Shown here piece by piece: positions 47,033-49,197 of a DNA stretch of 49,197 nucleotides; the stretch's first letter is position 1, and every line of letters begins with the position of its first letter. A model generated the notes under the pieces. It searched no databases, was not told the DNA's origin, and saw nothing but the letters and a program-made list of their open reading frames with translations. Source of the DNA: Candidatus Obscuribacteraceae bacterium (GTDB lineage: Bacteria > Cyanobacteriota > Vampirovibrionia > Obscuribacterales > Obscuribacteraceae). The stretch spans positions 1 to 49,197 of the forward strand of contig JBGASG010000017.1 in the NCBI GenBank assembly GCA_044229845.1, read 5' to 3'. Made by a program: the position numbers and the translations under genes.

Positions 47033-48342
47033 TGGTGGCCAGCGCGCCCACTACGATTCAGCCAAAGCCAGCTGCGGGAACGCAGCCGGTTTTGCCGCAC
47101 CCGGAAATGACGGATGCTCAGCGCTCGCCGCGCCGGCTCCGCCAGAGCGTTTTCGTCTGGGCTGCGGCTCTGTTTATCGTGTTCGGCAGTGTGTGCGCCG
47201 CCAACCGGTTCGGTCAGAATCAACCAGCCAACTTCCCGCTCATGACCTGGACGGCCTGGGCGATTCAGGATTATCTGTCCCGACCGAAGCCGCCCAACAT
47301 CGCGTTTCTCGGATCGTCGTTGATGCTGGTACCGCTTTCAGGCGTCGATGCGGATTATTTGAATCGGCGGCTGGATGGCGCTCAGCACCACACCTCGCAC
47401 TACTTCCAGAGCGAGTTTCAGAAGCAAACCGGTTTTGCCATCGAGACGTTCAACTTCGCATTGCCGGGCGAAATGCCGTCCGACGCCTTCATGATCACCG
47501 ACTTCATCCTCAAGAAGAAAAAACCGAACGTGATTGTGTACGGAGTCGGACCGCGCGATTTCACCGATAACTTGCTGCCCAGCCCGGCATCGACAGATCC
47601 GTTCCGGTCGCTGTCGCGCTTCGACGATGTCTCACCGCAAGCCGGCTTGATGATGCCCGACTGGCAACAACGCTTCAGCTTCGAACTCGGAAAACTGTTC
47701 TTCTTTTATGGACAGCGCGAGGACATCGTCCACAACCTGCAGGAAACTGCGGCCGCGGCTGTCGATGCCTTCTTGCCACTGCCGCATGGCGCACAGCCCA
47801 TCTCCGCCGATACGCGGCACCTGCTGCTGCCCGAATATATGCCGACTGAACTGCAAAAGGGTCAGGCGTTCTTCCGCCCCACCGTCGCAGCGGAACGCAA
47901 GCACTTCACCGATAACTTAGAAGAGTATAGAAAACGCTACGCGAAACTGAAGAAACAAACGTTCGACACGCAACTGGCGTTCTTCACCAAGGGACTGGAA
48001 TCTGCCCGGCTGTCCGGTATCCATCCCGTCATCGTCGCCATGCCGATCACCGACGTCAACCGTGGACTCTTGCCTGACTCGACCTGGAACCTCTATCGCC
48101 AGAGCGTTCGCCAGGCGGCACAAGCGCACGGTGCCACATTCATTGATTTCTCCGAAGACAAAGACTTCGCCCTTTCTGATTTCTGCGACACGGTGCACTT
48201 GCACTCGGGCGGCGGACAGAAATTGCTCAACAAGATCATCCAGGCGATGGCAACCGACAAAGACGTGATGTCCGCAGTCAAAGCCAATCCCAACTCGCGC
48301 TTCTTGAGCGATCGGGAAGGAGGTGGCTATGCAGCCAATTGA
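47032..48342 (+). CDS. Membrane-anchored SGNH-like protein (DUF1574/AlgJ/DltD-like partner)
   Basis: ATG overlaps the MBOAT TAA; one TM; FLGSSLM, FNFALPG.MPSD, YGVGPRDF, F.DTVHL (DxxH). Confidence 0.8.
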   Translation: MVASAPTTIQPKPAAGTQPVLPHPEMTDAQRSPRRLRQSVFVWAAALFIVFGSVCAANRFGQNQPANFPLMTWTAWAIQDYLSRPKPPNIAFLGSSLMLVPLSGVDADYLNRRLDGAQHHTSHYFQSEFQKQTGFAIETFNFALPGEMPSDAFMITDFILKKKKPNVIVYGVGPRDFTDNLLPSPASTDPFRSLSRFDDVSPQAGLMMPDWQQRFSFELGKLFFFYGQREDIVHNLQETAAAAVDAFLPLPHGAQPISADTRHLLLPEYMPTELQKGQAFFRPTVAAERKHFTDNLEEYRKRYAKLKKQTFDTQLAFFTKGLESARLSGIHPVIVAMPITDVNRGLLPDSTWNLYRQSVRQAAQAHGATFIDFSEDKDFALSDFCDTVHLHSGGGQKLLNKIIQAMATDKDVMSAVKANPNSRFLSDREGGGYAAN

Positions 48343-49197
48343 TGCTGCCACCGCCTTGACGGCAGAGACTGCACCGAATGTGGAGGCAACACCGACTGCG
48401 GAGACCGCACCGAATGTGGTGCCCGCTAACGCGCCGGAAGTGAAAGTCCTGGTGGAAACGTCCGCACCGGAGCCGCCAGCACCCGCCCGCATCTGGTGGG
48501 TGAAGAGCACCTTCGCCCTCGCCATGCTGGTTTTCCTGGCTATCAACGGAGCACTGGCCTTCTTCACTCCCTTCGATTTCGATCCCTATAAATTCAATTA
48601 CAAAGGTTGGGCATGGTGGACCATGGCCGACCTGAAAGACAACCAGCAGGTGCATAACGTGGTCTTGCTGGGCTCGTCCACGATGGTCAGCGCCCTGGCC
48701 GGGTGCGACGCCAACTATCTGCAGAAGCCGCTCGACCTGACACGCTACCATTCAGCTTCCTATTTAGCCGATCTGCTGGCGGAAAAGAACGGCGGCAAGT
48801 ACAGCACCTTCAGCCTGGCAGCGCCGGGGCAGATGCCGTCAGACGCCTACCTGGCCCTGAAAGCGATGGTCGCCACCCACAACCGTCCGGACGTCGTTAT
48901 CTACGGCGTAGCACCGCGCGACTTCATCGACAGCACGCTCTCCAGCCCGGCCGACACCGAGCCGTTCAAATACCTGACCCGCTTCATCGGCATCGATGAG
49001 ATTGCCGGTGCAGTGTTCCGCGATCCGATTGCCAAACTGGACTGGTCGATGCAACGCCTGGTCTATTTGTATGGTGCATCACTCGATTTCCGCCTGGCCA
49101 CCACGGAATTGGCGACCGCCGGTCTCGACAAAATACTGCCGACGCCGCCGTCCGCGACTCCGTTTTCCTGGTGGGACAGGCAGAAGCTTTTGCCCAA
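48329..49197 (+). CDS. Second SGNH-like paralogue, partial (runs off the window; not in the ORF track)
   Basis: RBS GGAGG, ATG 48329, MQPIDAA.., TM, VVLLGSSTM, FSLAAPGQMPSD, YGVAPRDF; frame open to the window end. Confidence 0.85.
   Translation, partial: MQPIDAATALTAETAPNVEATPTAETAPNVVPANAPEVKVLVETSAPEPPAPARIWWVKSTFALAMLVFLAINGALAFFTPFDFDPYKFNYKGWAWWTMADLKDNQQVHNVVLLGSSTMVSALAGCDANYLQKPLDLTRYHSASYLADLLAEKNGGKYSTFSLAAPGQMPSDAYLALKAMVATHNRPDVVIYGVAPRDFIDSTLSSPADTEPFKYLTRFIGIDEIAGAVFRDPIAKLDWSMQRLVYLYGASLDFRLATTELATAGLDKILPTPPSATPFSWWDRQKLLP

Noticed and set aside
48359..48420. 36-bp-period duplication (TAETAPNV twice) in the last gene
   Set aside because: An ordinary short duplication in a disordered N-terminal tail.

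Overview
Chromosomal window from a GC-rich bacterium. An RpaA-like regulator very close to cyanobacterial RpaA, no photosynthesis genes, and many TPR, two-component and Ser/Thr-kinase genes suggest a non-photosynthetic cyanobacterial relative (Vampirovibrionia/Melainabacteria, Obscuribacterales-like); this is inference. Housekeeping genes: ppc, ybaB-recR, dxs, dnaX, acylphosphatase, der-plsY, HtrA-like protease, rpaA-like, Lhr helicase. Also present: a phosphorelay operon, an acyltransferase pair, an MBOAT plus two SGNH-like O-acyltransferase genes, the 3' end of an IS256 that disrupts a DUF4239-like gene, and a frameshifted DUF4388/GGDEF-like gene. Three main leads: (1) a dispersed AT-rich loop-less palindrome AACTGAATTGATATCAATTCAGTT, with 6 exact and 4 degenerate intergenic copies downstream of genes and covarying flanks; (2) next to its longest copy, an IS1595-transposase-derived gene whose DDE core seems replaced by an acidic linker and a DprA-like winged helix; (3) an 18-aa motif LPxxNMGKWVxQPGDNMY, preceded by poly-Gly, shared by two unrelated secreted proteins that flank a CHASE2 kinase/NarL regulator pair. 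All domain calls come from motif recognition by eye, not from database searches.
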